From Eledone cirrhosa (lineage: Eukaryota): DNA of 64,000 nt. This document shows, in pieces, positions 25,101 to 39,400 of the stretch (positions are counted from its first letter, which is position 1; the number at the start of each line of letters is the position of its first letter). The position numbers and the translations under genes are program-made. The stretch covers positions 28,272,001-28,336,000 of the forward strand of contig OZ024758.1 in assembly GCA_964016885.1 (NCBI GenBank), written 5' to 3'. The notes beneath the pieces are model-generated. The model was not told where the DNA came from. It ran no database searches and saw nothing but the letters and a program-made list of their open reading frames with translations.

Positions 25101-28100
25101 TCCATGTACCTGAACCATACAACAACACTGACTCAAGTGCTGGTGTCAGGGTCCAAGTACCTGATCCATACAACAACACTGACTCAAGTTCAGGTGCCAG
25201 GGACCATGTACCTGAACCATACAACACTGACTCAAGTGCTGGTGTTAGGGTCCCTGTACCTGATCCATACAACAACACTTACTCAAGAGGTGGTGTCAGG
25301 GTCCCTGTACCTGATCCATACAATAACACTGACTCAAGAGCTGGTGTCAGGGACCATGTACCTGAACCATACAACAACACTTACTCAAGAGGTGGTGTCA
25401 GGGTCCCTGTACCTGATTCATACAATAACACTGACTCAAGAGCTGGTGTCAGGGTCCCTGTACCTGATCCATACAACAATACTGACTCAAGTGCTTGTCT
25501 CAGGGTCCATGTACCTGATCCAGACGACAACACTGGCTCAAGTGCTGGTGTCAGGGTCCATGTACCTGATCCATAAAACAACACTGATTCAAGGGCTGGT
25601 GTCAGGGTCCATGTACCTAATCCATAAAACAACACTGATTCAAGGGCTGGTGTCAGGGTCCATGTACCTGAACCATACAACAACACTGACTCAAGTGCTG
25701 GTGTCAGGGTCCCTGTACCTAATCCATAAAACAACACTGACTCAAGAGCTGGTGTCAGGGTCCATGTACCTGAACCATACAACAACACTGACTCAAGTGC
25801 TGCTGTCAGGGTCCATGTACTTGATCCATACAACAACACTGACTCAAGTACTGGTGTTAGGGTCCATGTACCTGAACCATACAACAACACTGACTCAAGA
25901 GCTGGTATCAGGGTCCATGTACCTGATCCATACAACAACACTGACTCAAGAGCTGGTGTCAGGGTCCATGTACCTGATCCATACAACAACACTGACTCAA
26001 GAGCTGGTATCAGGGTCCATGTACTTGATCCATACAACAATACTGACTCAAGAGCTGGTGTCTGGATCCATGTACTTGATCCATACAACAACAGTGTCTC
26101 AAGTGCTGGTGTCAGGGTCCAAGTACCTGATCCATACAACAACACTGACTCAAGTGCTGGTGTCAGGGTCCATGTACTTGATCCATACAACAATACTGAC
26201 TCAAGAGCTGGTGTCTGGATACATGTACTTGATCCATACAACAACAGTGTCTCAAGTGCTGGTGTCAGGGTCCAAGTACCTGATCCATACAACAACACTG
26301 ACTCAAGTGCTGGTGTCAGGGTCCATGTACTTGATCCATACAACAATACTGACTCAAGAGCTGGTGTCTGGATCCATGTACTTGATCCATACAACAACAG
26401 TGTCTCAAGTGCTGGTGTCAGGGTCCAAGTACCTGATCCATACAACAACACTGACTCAAGTGCTGGTGTCAGGGTCCCTGTACCTGATCCATACAACACT
26501 GACTCAAATTCTGGTGTCAGGGTCCATGTACCTAATCCATAAAACAACACTGATTCAAGGGCTGGTGTCAGGGTCCCTGTACCTGATCCATACAACAACA
26601 CTGACTCAAATTCTGGTGTCAGGGTCCATGTACCTAATCCATACAACAACACTGACTCAAGTGCTGGTGTCAGCGACCATGTACTTGATCCATACAACAA
26701 CACTGACTCAAGAGCTGGTGTCAGGGTCCATGTACCTGATCCAGACGACAATACTGGCTCAAGAGTTGGTGTCAAGGGTCCATGTACCTGATCCATACAA
26801 CAATACTGACTCAAGAGCTGGTGTCTGGATCCATGTACTTGATCCATACAACAACACTGACTCAAGAGCTGGTGTCAGGGTCCATGTACCTGATCCAGAC
26901 GACAATACTGGCTCAAGAGCTGGTGTCAGGGTCCCTGTACCTGATCCATACAACAACACTGACTCAAGTGCTGGTCTCAGGGTCCATGTACCTGATCCAT
27001 ACAACAACACTGACTCAAGAGCTGGTGTCAGGGTCCCTGTACCTGATCCATACAACAACACTGACTCAAGAGCTGGTGTCAGGGTCCATGTACCTAATCC
27101 ATAAAACAACACTGACTCAAGTGCTGGTGTCAGGGTCCATGTACCTGAACAATACAACAACACTGACTCAAGAGCTGGTGTCAGGGTCCCTGTACCTGAT
27201 CCATACAACAACACTGACTCAAGTGCTGGTATCAGGGTCCATGTACCTGAACAATACAACAACACTGACTCAAGAGCTGGTGTCAGGGTCCCTGTACCTG
27301 ATCCATACAACAACACTGACTCAAGTGCTGGTATCAGGGTCCATGTACCTGATCCATACAACAACACTGACTCAAGAGCTGGTGTCAGGGTCCCTGTACC
27401 TGATCCATACAACAACACTGACTCAAGTGCTGGTATCAGGGTCCATGTACCTGATCCATACAACAACACTGACTCAAGAGCTGGTGTCAGGGTCCCTGTA
27501 CCTGATCCATACAACAACACTGACTCAAGTGCTGGTGTCAGGGTCCATGTACCTGATCCATACAACAACACTGACTCAAGAGCTGGTGTCAGGGTCCCTG
27601 TACCTGATCCATACAACAACACTGATTCAAGTGCTGGTCTCAGGGTCCCTGTACCTGAACCATACAACAACACTGACTCAAGAGCTGGTGTCAGGGTCCC
27701 TGTACCTGATCCATACAACAACACTGATTCAAGTGCTGGTCTCAGGGTCCCTGTACCTGAACCATACAACAACACTGACTCAAGAGCTGGTGTCAGGGTC
27801 CCTGTACCTGATCCATACAACAACACTGACTCAAGAGCTGGTGTCAGGGTCCCTGTACCTGATCCATACAACAACACTGACTCAAGTGCTGGTATCAGGG
27901 TCCATGTACCTGATCCATACAACAACACTGACTCAAGAGCTGGTGTCAGGGTCCCTGTACCTGATCCATACAACAACACTGACTCAAGTGCTGGTGTCAG
28001 GGTCCATGTACCTGATCCATACAACAACACTGACTCAAGAGCTGGTGTCAGGGTCCCAGTACCTGATCCATACAACAACACTGATTCAAGTGCTGGTCTC

Positions 28101-31100
28101 AGGGTCCCTGTACCTGAACCATACAACAACACTGACTCAAGAGCTGGTGTCAGGGTCCCTGTACCTGATCCATACAACAACACTGATTCAAGTGCTGGTC
28201 TCAGGGTCCCTGTACCTGAACCATACAACAACACTGACTCAAGAGCTGGTGTCAGGGTCCCTGTACCTGATCCATACAACAACACTGACTCAAGAGCTGG
28301 TGTCAGGGTCCCTGTACCCGATCCATACAACAACACTGACTCAAGTGCTGCTGTCAGGGTCCAAGTACCTGATCCATACAACAACACTGACTCAAGTGCT
28401 GGTGTCAGGGTCCCTGTACCTGATCCATACAACAACACTGATTCAAGGGCTGGTGTCAGGGTCCAAGTACCTGATCCATACAACAACACTGACTCAAGTG
28501 CTGGTGTCTGGGTCCATGTACCTGATCCATACAACAACACTGACTCAAGAGCTGGTATCAGGTTCCATGTACCTGATCCATACAACAACACTGACTCAAG
28601 TGCTGGTGTCAGGGTCCCTGTACCTGATCCATACAACAACACTGACTCAAGAGCTGGTATCAGGGTCCATGTACCTGATCCATACAACAACACTGACTCA
28701 AATTCTGGTGTCAGGGTCCCTGTACCTGATCCATACAACAACACTGACTCAAGAGCTGGTGTCAGGGTGCCTGTACCCGATCCATACAACAACACTGACT
28801 CAAGTGCTGGTGTCTGGGTCCATGTACCTGATCCATACAACAACACTGACTCAAATTCTGGTGTCAGGGTCCATGTACCTGATCCATACAACAACACTGA
28901 CTCAAGAGCTGGTGTCAGGGTCCCTGTACCTGATCCATACAACAACACTGATTCAAGTGCTGGTCTCAGGGTCCATGTACCTGATCCATACAACAACACT
29001 GACTCAAGAGCTGGTGTCAGGGTCCCTGTACCTGATCCATACAACAACACTGATTCAAGTGCTGGTCTCAGGGTCCCTGTACCTGATCCATACAACAACA
29101 CTGACTCAAGTGCTGGTGTCAGGGTCCCTGTACCTGATCTATACAACAACACTGATTCAAGTGCTGGTCTCAGGGTCCATGTACCTGATCCATACAACAA
29201 CACTGACTCAAGTGCTGGTGTCTGGGTCCATGTACCTGATCCATACAACAACACTGACTCAAATTCTGGTGTCAGGGTCCCTGTACCTGATCCATACAAC
29301 AACACTGACTCAAGAGCTGGTGTCAGGGTCCATGTACCTGATCCATACAACAACACTGATTCAAGAGCTGGTGTCAGGGTCCATGTACCTGATCCATACA
29401 ACACTGACTCAACTGCTGGTGTCAGGGTCCATGTACCTGATCCATACAACACTGACTCAACTGCTGGTGTCAGGGTCCCTGTACTTGATCCATACAACAA
29501 CACTGATTCAAGGGCTGGTGTCAGGGTCCATGTACCTGAACCATACAACAATACTGACTCAAGAGCTGGTGTCAGGGTCCCTGTACCTGAACCATACAAC
29601 AACACTGACTCAAGTGCCGGTGTTAGGGACCATGTATCTGATCCATACAACAACACTGACTCAAGAGCTGGTGTCAGCGACCATGTACCTGATCCATACA
29701 ACAACACTGACTCAAGAGCTGGTGTCAGGGTCCCTGTACCTGATCCATACAACAACACTGACTCAAGTGCTGGTGTCTGGGTCCATGTACTTGATCCATA
29801 CAACAACACTGACTCAAGAGCTGGTGTCAGGGTCCATGTACCTGAACCATACAACAACACTGACTCAAGAGCTGGTGTCAGGGTCCCTGTGCCTGATCCA
29901 TACAACAACACTGACTCAAGTGCTGGTGTTAGGGTGCCTGTACCCGATCCATACAACAACACTGACTCAAGTGCTGGTGTCAGGGTCCAAGTACCTGATC
30001 CATACAACAACACTGACTCAAGTGCTGGTGTCTGGGTCCATGTACCTGATCCATACAACAACACTGACTCAAGAGCTGGTATCAGGTTCCATGTACCTGA
30101 TCCATACAACAACACTGACTCAAGTGCTGGTGTCAGGGTCCCTGTACCTGATCCATACAACAACACTGACTCAAGAGCTGGTATCAGGGTCCATGTACCT
30201 GATCCATACAACAACACTGACTCAAATTCTGGTGTCAGGGTCCCTGTACCTGATCCATACAACAACACTGACTCAAGAGCTGGTGTCAGGGTCCCTGTAC
30301 CTGATCCATACAACAACACTGATTCAAGTGCTGGTCTCAGGGTCCATGTACCTGATCCATACAACAACACTGACTCAAGTGCTGGTGTCTGGGTCCATGT
30401 ACCTGATCCATACAACAACACTGACTCAAATTCTGGTGTCAGGGTCCATGTACCTGATCCATACAACAACACTGACTCAAGAGCTGGTGTCAGGGTCCCT
30501 GTACCTGATCCATACAACAACACTGATTCAAGTGCTGGTCTCAGGGTCCATGTACCTGATCCATACAACAACACTGACTCAAGAGCTGGTGTCAGGGTCC
30601 CTGTACCTGATCCATACAACAACACTGATTCAAGTGCTGGTCTCAGGGTCCCTGTACCTGATCCATACAACAACACTGACTCAAGTGCTGGTGTCAGGGT
30701 CCCTGTACCTGATCTATACAACAACACTGATTCAAGTGCTGGTCTCAGGGTCCATGTACCTGATCCATACAACAACACTGACTCAAGTGCTGGTGTCTGG
30801 GTCCATGTACCTGATCCATACAACAACACTGACTCAAATTCTGGTGTCAGGGTCCCTGTACCTGATCCATACAACAACACTGACTCAAGAGCTGGTGTCA
30901 GGGTCCATGTACCTGATCCATACAACAACACTGATTCAAGAGCTGGTGTCAGGGTCCATGTACCTGATCCATACAACACTGACTCAACTGCTGGTGTCAG
31001 GGTCCATGTACCTGATCCATACAACACTGACTCAACTGCTGGTGTCAGGGTCCCTGTACTTGATCCATACAACAACACTGATTCAAGGGCTGGTGTCAGG

Positions 31101-31820
31101 GTCCATGTACCTGAACCATACAACAATACTGACTCAAGAGCTGGTGTCAGGGTCCCTGTACCTGAACCATACAACAATACTGACTCAAGTGCCGGTGTTA
31201 GGGACCATGTATCTGATCCATACAACAACACTGACTCAAGAGCTGGTGTCAGCGACCATGTACCTGATCCATACAACAACACTGACTCAAGAGCTGGTGT
31301 CAGGGTCCCTGTACCTGATCCATACAACAACACTGACTCAAGTGCTGGTGTCTGGGTCCATGTACTTGATCCATACAACAACACTGACTCAAGAGCTGGT
31401 GTCAGGGTCCATGTACCTGAACCATACAACAACACTGACTCAAGAGCTGGTGTCAGGGTCCCTGTGCCTGATCCATACAACAACACTGACTCAAGTGCTG
31501 GTGTTAGGGTGCCTGTACCCGATCCATACAACAACACTGACTCAAGTGCTGGTGTCAGGGTCCAAGTACCTGATCCATACAACAACACTGACTCATGTTC
31601 AGGTGCCAGGGTCCAAGTACCTGATCCATACAACAACACTGACTCAAGTGCTGGTGTCAGGTCCATCTACCTGATCCATACAACACTGACTGAAGTGCTG
31701 GTGTTAGGGTCTCTGTATCTGATCCATATAACACTGACTAAACAGATGTTCTGAAGAATGATATGTTAATTTTTTTCTGGGTAGATCTGACTTCTATATT
31801 CTTTCCATTTTATTCATAGT
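22170..31820 (-). mobile_element. Dead RTE-like LINE remnant (family D) expanded internally by the 51 bp array
   Basis: Minus-strand flank before the array: TMNKMERI*KSDLPRK/INISFFRTSV*SVLYGS; flank after it: TLTPALEKKLDSAYTKLLKVVQNINW...LYGNLPNIVSTI.QRCL*FAGHCWRSKQE..HKLLL*E..RRPTQTFIDQL. Confidence 0.9.
22499..31740. repeat. 51 bp tandem repeat, ~180 copies, some 48 bp variants
   Basis: Unit gactcaagagctggtgtcagggtccatgtacctgatccatacaacaacact; the minus strand translates to ALESVLLYGSGTWTLTP. Confidence 0.98.
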
Positions 31821-31824
31821 AACC

Positions 31825-32000
31825 TATCATCAACAACATCAACGCTCTTTTGCATCCATTTTTCCATTCTTGTTTGTGTTAGATGAGTCATCTATGTTGG
31901 GAGACAAACCTGGCCAGAACTGGCCATGCTGCACCTTGCAGTAAATTTGGCCAGGGATTTTACAGCTGGATTCTTTTCCTAACACCAACCACATTTACAA
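31825..32000 (-). mobile_element. Degenerate RTE 3' UTR fragment
   Basis: ttttacagctggattcttttcctaacaccaaccacatttaca matches the RTE 3' UTR motif at 17757-17800. Confidence 0.65.
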
Positions 32001-32120
32001 TTCTAATATCAATGTCATTTTTTGATGAACTCATTCAGTGGCTCAGCTGTAGTATAGTAAATATATCATGATACTGAGCAAATCTGCTTGCTAAAATGTA
32101 TTCCTTTTCAAGTTATACTT

Positions 32121-32416
32121 GGAGGCACTTGGCTTTGTGGTTAGAGCATTGGGTCTGCAATCGAAAGGTTATGAGTTCAATTCTCAGACCGTGTGATGTG
32201 TTGTTTCCTTGAACAAGACACTTTATTTCACATTGCTCCAGTTTACTCAGCTGTAGAAAGTGGTCGTGTAGGTGCCACTGCAAAAAAGCACCCAGCACTC
32301 ACTGTAAATAAGGTTGGTGTTAGGAAGGGCATCCAGCTGTAGAAATCAAATCAAATCAGAATCAGTTCCCGTCCCACCCTTGCAAGCAGGGAAAAGCGGA
32401 CGTAAAATGATGATGA
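32121..32416 (+). mobile_element. SINE family S2 with an RTE-derived 3' tail
   Basis: tRNA-like head (tggctttgtggttagagc...gagttcaattc), CORE-like segment, then ggttggtgttaggaagggcatccagctgtagaaa and cccacccttgcaagcagggaaaagcggacgtaaaa(tga)n. Confidence 0.8.
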
Positions 32417-33112
32417 TATATATATATATCTGTATATCATCATCATCATCGTTTAACTTATGGTTTGATTATAATATCAATAATACACTCATACAATGCT
32501 CCAATTGCTCACAGCAAATATTACAATTTTTGCTTTGTAACCTTTTTAAAAGCTTAACTGAATGAAATAGTATGTTAAGTATCTCGGCCATGGACATTGA
32601 ACAATGATACTGATAAAGATTGTTGTTATTTCAAAAAGCATTTAGTATTTAGTCATATTGTTCATTGGTTAGTTGTCATTAACATAATAAATAACAATAC
32701 CCTTGAAAATGAATGGATGTTCATTGAAAAGCTGGAATAGAATGTTATTGTTAACCAATAAAAAAAATGGATTTGAAACATTCTAAACTTTTGTATCCTC
32801 CACACAACACTCTAAAACCTTCCTTTATTTCATCACTAACGATGTCAACTAGGAAATGGAATATATTTACTACTTCCGCTAAACTATTTGAGAAGTCCAA
32901 TTTTTAGTATTTCTCTATTTTCTTTTTCCATTATGCAAATCATCATCATTGTCATCATCATCATCGTCATCACTTTACAAATGCAAGTAGAAAATCTAAA
33001 GCTTTTGTTCTAAATCTGTCTGTCTACTTGACATTTCACAGCATTGTTTGTGAACTTAATGATTGCACTGATGATATATTATTGAGTTATTGTCTTCTAT
33101 AAGCTGTGATAA

Positions 33113-33245
33113 GTGGCAAATTGACAGTCATTAGAACATTGGATAGAATGCTCTCTGGGTTCAAATCCCACAGAGGTCAACTTTGCCTTTCCTTCTTTTG
33201 AGATCGATAAAAATGTACGAGGTCCAGTAACAGGGTCAATTCCTC
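33113..33245 (+). mobile_element. Degenerate S1-related SINE
   Basis: gggttcaaatcccacagaggtcaactttgccttt...gatcgataaaa. Confidence 0.65.
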
Positions 33246-33265
33246 CCTATAGCTTTTTCTTAATA

Positions 33266-33443
33266 CCCCCTCTCTCTCCCCCTCTCTCTCTCTTTCTCTC
33301 CCGCTGCCCCCTCTCTATCTCCCCTTCCCCCTCTCTCCCTCCATCTGCCCCTCTCTCCCACCCTCTGCCCTCTCTCTCTCTCCCTCTGCCTGCACCCTCT
33401 CTCACTCTGCCCCCTCTCTCTCTCCCTCTTCCCTCTCTCTCTC
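33266..33443. repeat. CT-rich low-complexity tract
   Basis: Polypyrimidine (CT)n-like run directly abutting the 70 bp array. Confidence 0.9.
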
Positions 33444-36400
33444 AGGATACTGTATAATGTCTGCAGACAATGTATGATGTTACATGGTAGGGAGACATGG
33501 GCTGTGAATGGAGAGGATACTGTATAATGTCTGCAGACAATGTATGATGTTACATGGTAGGGAGACAAGGGTTGTGAATGGAGAGGATACTGTATGATGT
33601 CTGTAGACAATGTATGATGTTACATGGTAGGGAGACATGGGCTGTGAATGGAGAGGATACTGTATAATGTCTGCAGACAATGTATGATGTTACATGGTAG
33701 GGAGACATGGGCTGTGAATGGAGAGGATACTGTATGATGTCTGTAGACAATGTATGATGTTACATGGTAGGGAGACATGGGCTGTGAATGGAGAGGATAC
33801 TGTATGATGTCTGTAGACAATGTATGATGTTACATGGTAGGGAGACATGGGCTGTGAATGGAGAGGATACTGTATGATGTCTGTAGACAATGTATGATGT
33901 TACATGGTAGGGAGACATGGGCTGTGAATGGAGAGGATACTGTATGATGTCTGCAGACAATGTATGATGTTACATGGTAGGGAGACATGGGCTGTGAATG
34001 GAGAGGATACTGTATAATGTCTGCAGACAATGTATGATGTTACATGGTAGGGAGACATGGGCTGTGAATGGAGAGGATACTGTATAATGTCTGCAGACAA
34101 TGTATGATGTTACATGGTAGGGAGACATGGGCTGTGAATGGAGAGGATACTGTATAATGTCTGCAGACAATGTATGATGTTACATGGTAGGGAGACATGG
34201 GCTGTGAATGGAGAGGATACTGTATAATGTCTGTAGACAATGTATGATGTTATATGGTAGGGAGACATGGGCTGTGAATGGAGAGGATACTGTATAATGT
34301 CTGTAGACAATGTATGATGTTACATGGTAGGGAGACATGGGCTGTGAATGGAGAGGATACTGTATGATGTCTGTAGACAATGTATGATGTTACATGGTAG
34401 GGAGACATGGGCTGTGAATGGAGAGGATACTGTATAATGTCTGTAGACAATGTATGATGTTACATGGTAGGGAGACATGGGCTGTGAATGGAGAGGATAC
34501 TGTATAATGTCTGTAGACAATGTATGATGTTACATGGTAGGGAGACATGGGCTGTGAATGGAGAGGATACTGTATAATGTCTGTAGACAATGTATGATGT
34601 TACATGGTAGGGAGACATGGGCTGTGAATGGAGAGGATACTGTATAATGTCTGCAGACAATGTATGATGTTACATGGTAGGGAGACATGGGCTGTGAATG
34701 GAGAGGATACTGTATAATGTCTGTAGACAATGTATGATGTTACATGGTAGGGAGACATGGGCTGTGAATGGAGAGGATACTGTATGATGTCTGTAGACAA
34801 TGTATGATGTTACATGGTAGGGAGACATGGGCTGTGAATGGAGAGGATACTGTATAATGTCTGTAGACAATGTATGATGTTACATGGTAGGGAGACATGG
34901 GCTGTGAATGGAGAGGATACTGTATGATGTCTGCAGACAATGTATGATGTTACATGGTAGGGAGACATGGGCTGTGAATGGAGAGGATACTGTATAATGT
35001 CTGCAGACCATGTATGATGTTACATGGTAGGGAGACATGGGCTGTGAATGGAGAGGATACTGTATAATGTCTGCAGACCATGTATGATGTTACATGGTAA
35101 GGGAGACATGGGCTGTGAATGGAGAGGATACTGTATAATGTCTGCAGACAATGTATGATGTTACATGGTAGGGAGACAAGGGCTGTGAATGGAGAGGATA
35201 CTGTATAATGTCTGCAGACCATGTATGATGTTACATGGTAGGGAAACATGGGCTGTGAATGGAGAGGATACTGTATGATGTCTGCAGACAATGTATGATG
35301 TTACATGGTAGGGAGACATGGGCTGTGAATGGAGAGGATACTGTATAATGTCTGCAGACAATGTATGATGTTGCATGGTAGGGAGACATGGGCTGTGAAT
35401 GGAGAGGATACTGTATGATGCCTACAGACAATGTATGATGTTACATGGTAGGGAGACATGGGCTGTGAATGGAGAGGATACTGTATGATGTCTGCAGACA
35501 ATGTATGATGTTACATGGTAGGGAGACATGGGCTGTGAATGGAGAGGATACTGTATGATGCCTACAGACAATGTATGATGTTACATGGTAGGGAGACATG
35601 GGCTGTGAATGGAGAGGATACTGTATAATGTCTGTAGACAATGTATGATGTTACATGGTAGGGAGACATGGGCTGTGAATGGAGAGGATACTGTATAATG
35701 TCTGCAGACAATGTATAATGTTATATGGTAGGGAGACATGGGCTGTGAATGGAGAGGATACTGTATAATATCTGTAGACAATGTATGATGTTACATGGTA
35801 GGGAGACATGGGCTGTGAATGGAGAGGATACTGTATAATGTCTGTAGACAATGTATGATGTTACATGGTAGGGAGACATGGGCTGTGAATGGAGAGGATA
35901 CTGTATGATGTCTGCAGACAATGTATGATGTTACATGGTAGGGAGACATGGGCTGTGAATGGAGAGGATACTGTATGATGTCTGCAGACAATGTATGATG
36001 TTACATGGTAGGGAGACATGGGCTGTGAATGGAGAGGATACTGTATGATGTCTGCAGACAATGTATGATGTTACATGGTAGGGAGACATGGGCTGTGAAT
36101 GGAGAGGATACTGTATAATGTCTGCAGACAATGTATGATGTTACATGGTAGGGAGACATGGGCTGTGAATGGAGAGGATACTGTATAATGTCTGTAGACA
36201 ATGTATGATGTTACATGGTAGGGAGACATGGGCTGTGAATGGAGAGGAGACTGTATAATGTCTGTAGACAATGTATGATGTTACATGGTAGGGAGACATG
36301 GGCTGTGAATGGAGAGGAGACTGTATAATGTCTGCAGACAATGTTATATGTTACATGGTAGGGAGACATGGGCTGTGAATGGAGAGGATACTGTATAATG

Positions 36401-39400
36401 TCTGTAGACAATGTTATATGTTACATGGTAGGGAGACATGGGCTGTGAATGGAGAGGATACTGTATAATGTCTGCAGACAATGTATGATGTTACATGGTA
36501 GGGAGACATGGGCTGTGAATGGAGAGGATACTGTATGATGTCTGCAGACAATGTATGATGTTACATGGTAGGGAGACATGGGCTGTGAATGGAGAGGATA
36601 CTGTATAATGTCTGTAGACAATGTATGATGTTACATGGTAGGGAGACATGGGCTGTGAATGGAGAGGATACTGTGTAATGTCTGTAGACAATGTATGATG
36701 TTACATGGTAGGGAGACATGGGCTGTGAATGGAGAGGATACTGTATAATGTCTGTAGACAATGTATGATGTTACATGGTAGGGAGACATGGGCTGTGAAT
36801 GGAGAGGAGACTGTATAATGTCTGCAGACAATGTTATATGTTACATGGTAGGGAGACATGGGCTGTGAATGGAGAGGATACTGTATGATGTCTGCAGACA
36901 ATGTATGATGTTACATGGTAGGGAGACATGGGCTGTGAATGGAGAGGATACTGTATGATGTCTGCAGACAATGTATGATGTTACATGGTAGGGAGACATG
37001 GGCTGTGAATGGAGAGGATACTGTATAATGTCTGCAGACAATGTATGATGTTACATGGTAGGGAGACATGGGCTGTGAATGGAGAGGATACTGTATAATG
37101 TCTGCAGACAATGTATGATGTTACATGGTAGGGAGACATGGGCTGTGAATGGAGAGGATACTGTATGATGTCTGCAGACAATGTATGATGTTACATGGTA
37201 GGGAGACATGGGCTGTGAATGGAGAGGAGACTGTATAATGTCTGCAGACAATGTATGATGTTACATGGTAGGGAGACATGGGCTGTGAATGGAGAGGATA
37301 CTGTATAATGTCTGCAGACAATGTATGATGTTACATGGTAGGGAGACATGGGCTGTGAATGGAGAGGAGACTGTATAATGTCTGCAGACAATTTATGATG
37401 TTACATGGTAGGGAGACATGGGCTGTGAATGGAGAGGATACTGTATAATATCTGCAGACAATGTATGATGTTACATGGTAGGGAGACATGGGCTGTGAAT
37501 GGAGTGGATACTGTATAATGTCTGCAGACAATGTATGATGTTACATGGTAGGGAGACATGGGCTGTGAATGGAGAGGATACTGTATGATGTCTGCAGACA
37601 ATGTATGATGTTACATGGTAGGGAGACATGGGCTGTGAATGGAGAGGATACTGTATAATGTCTGCAGACAATGTATGATGTTATATGGTAGGGAGACATG
37701 GGCTGTGAATGGAGTGGATACTGTATAATGTCTGCAGACAATGTATGATGTTACATGGTAGGGAGACATGGGCTGTGAATGGAGAGGATACTGTATGATG
37801 TCTGCAGACAATGTATGATGTTACATGGTAGGGAGACATGGGCTGTGAATGGAGAGGATACTGTATAATGTCTGCAGACAATGTTATATGTTACATGGTA
37901 GGGAGACATGGGCTGTGAATGGAGAGGATACTGTATAATGTCTGCAGACAATGTATGATGTTACATGGTAGGAGACATGGGCTGTGAATGGAGAGGATTA
38001 CTGTATAATGTCTGCAGACAATGTATGATGTTACATGGTAGGGAGACATGGGCTGTGAATGGAGAGGATACTGTATAATGTCTGCAGACAATGTATGATG
38101 TTACATGGTAGGGAGACATGGGCTGTGAATGGAGAGGATACTGTATAATGTCTGCAGACAATGTTATATGTTACATGGTAGGGAGACATGGGCTGTGAAT
38201 GGAGAGGATACTGTATAATGTCTGCAGACAATGTATGATGTTACATGGTAGGGAGACATGGGCTGTGAATGGAGAGGTTACTGTATAATGTCTGCAGACA
38301 ATGTATATGTTACATGGTAGGGAGACATGGGCTGTGAATGGAGAGGATACTGTATAATGTCTGCAGACAATGTTATATGTTACATGGTAGGGAGACATGG
38401 GCTGTGAATGGAGAGGATACTGTATAATGTCTGCAGACAATGTTATATGTTACATGGTAGGGAGACATGGGCTGTGAATGGAGAGGATACTGTATAATGT
38501 CTGCAGACAATGTTATATGTTACATGGTAGGGAGACATGGGCTGTGAATGGAGAGGATACTGTATAATGTCTGCAGACAATGTTATATGTTACATGGTAG
38601 GGAGACATGGGCTGTGAATGGAGAGGATACTGTATAATGTCTGCAGACAATGTTATATGTTACATGGTAGGGAGACATGGGCTGTGAATGGAGAGGATAC
38701 TGTATAATGTCTGCAGACAATGTATGATGTTACATGGTAGGGAGACATGGGCTGTGAATGGAGAGGATACTGTATAATGTCTGCAGACAATGTATGATGT
38801 TACATGGTAGGGAGACATGGGCTGTGAATGGAGAGGATACTGTATAATGTCTGCAGACAATGTATGATGTTACATGGTAGGGAGACATGGGCTGTGAATG
38901 GAGAGGATACTGTATAATGTCTGCAGACAATGTTATATGTTACATGGTAGGGAGACATGGGCTGTGAATGGAGAGGATACTGTATAATGTCTGCAGACAA
39001 TGTATGATGTTACATGGTAGGGAGACATGGGCTGTGAATGGAGAGGATACTGTATAATGTCTGCAGACAATGTTATATGTTACATGGTAGGGAGACATGG
39101 GCTGTGAATGGAGAGGATACTGTATAATGTCTGCAGACAATGTTATATGTTACATGGTAGGGAGACATGGGCTGTGAATGGAGAGGATACTGTATAATGT
39201 CTGCAGACAATGTATGATGTTACATGGTAGGGAGACATGGGCTGTGAATGGAGAGGATACTGTATAATGTCTGCAGACAATGTATGATGTTACATGGTAG
39301 GGAGACATGGGCTGTGAATGGAGAGGATACTGTATAATGTCTGCAGACAATGTATGATGTTACATGGTAGGGAGACATGGGCTGTGAATGGAGAGGATAC

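Noticed and set aside
22448-31754. ORFs of up to 1635 aa on both strands as host repeat-protein genes
   Set aside because: They follow from a 51 bp unit that is stop-free in three frames; the flanks show a dead RTE and there is no unique N- or C-terminal domain.
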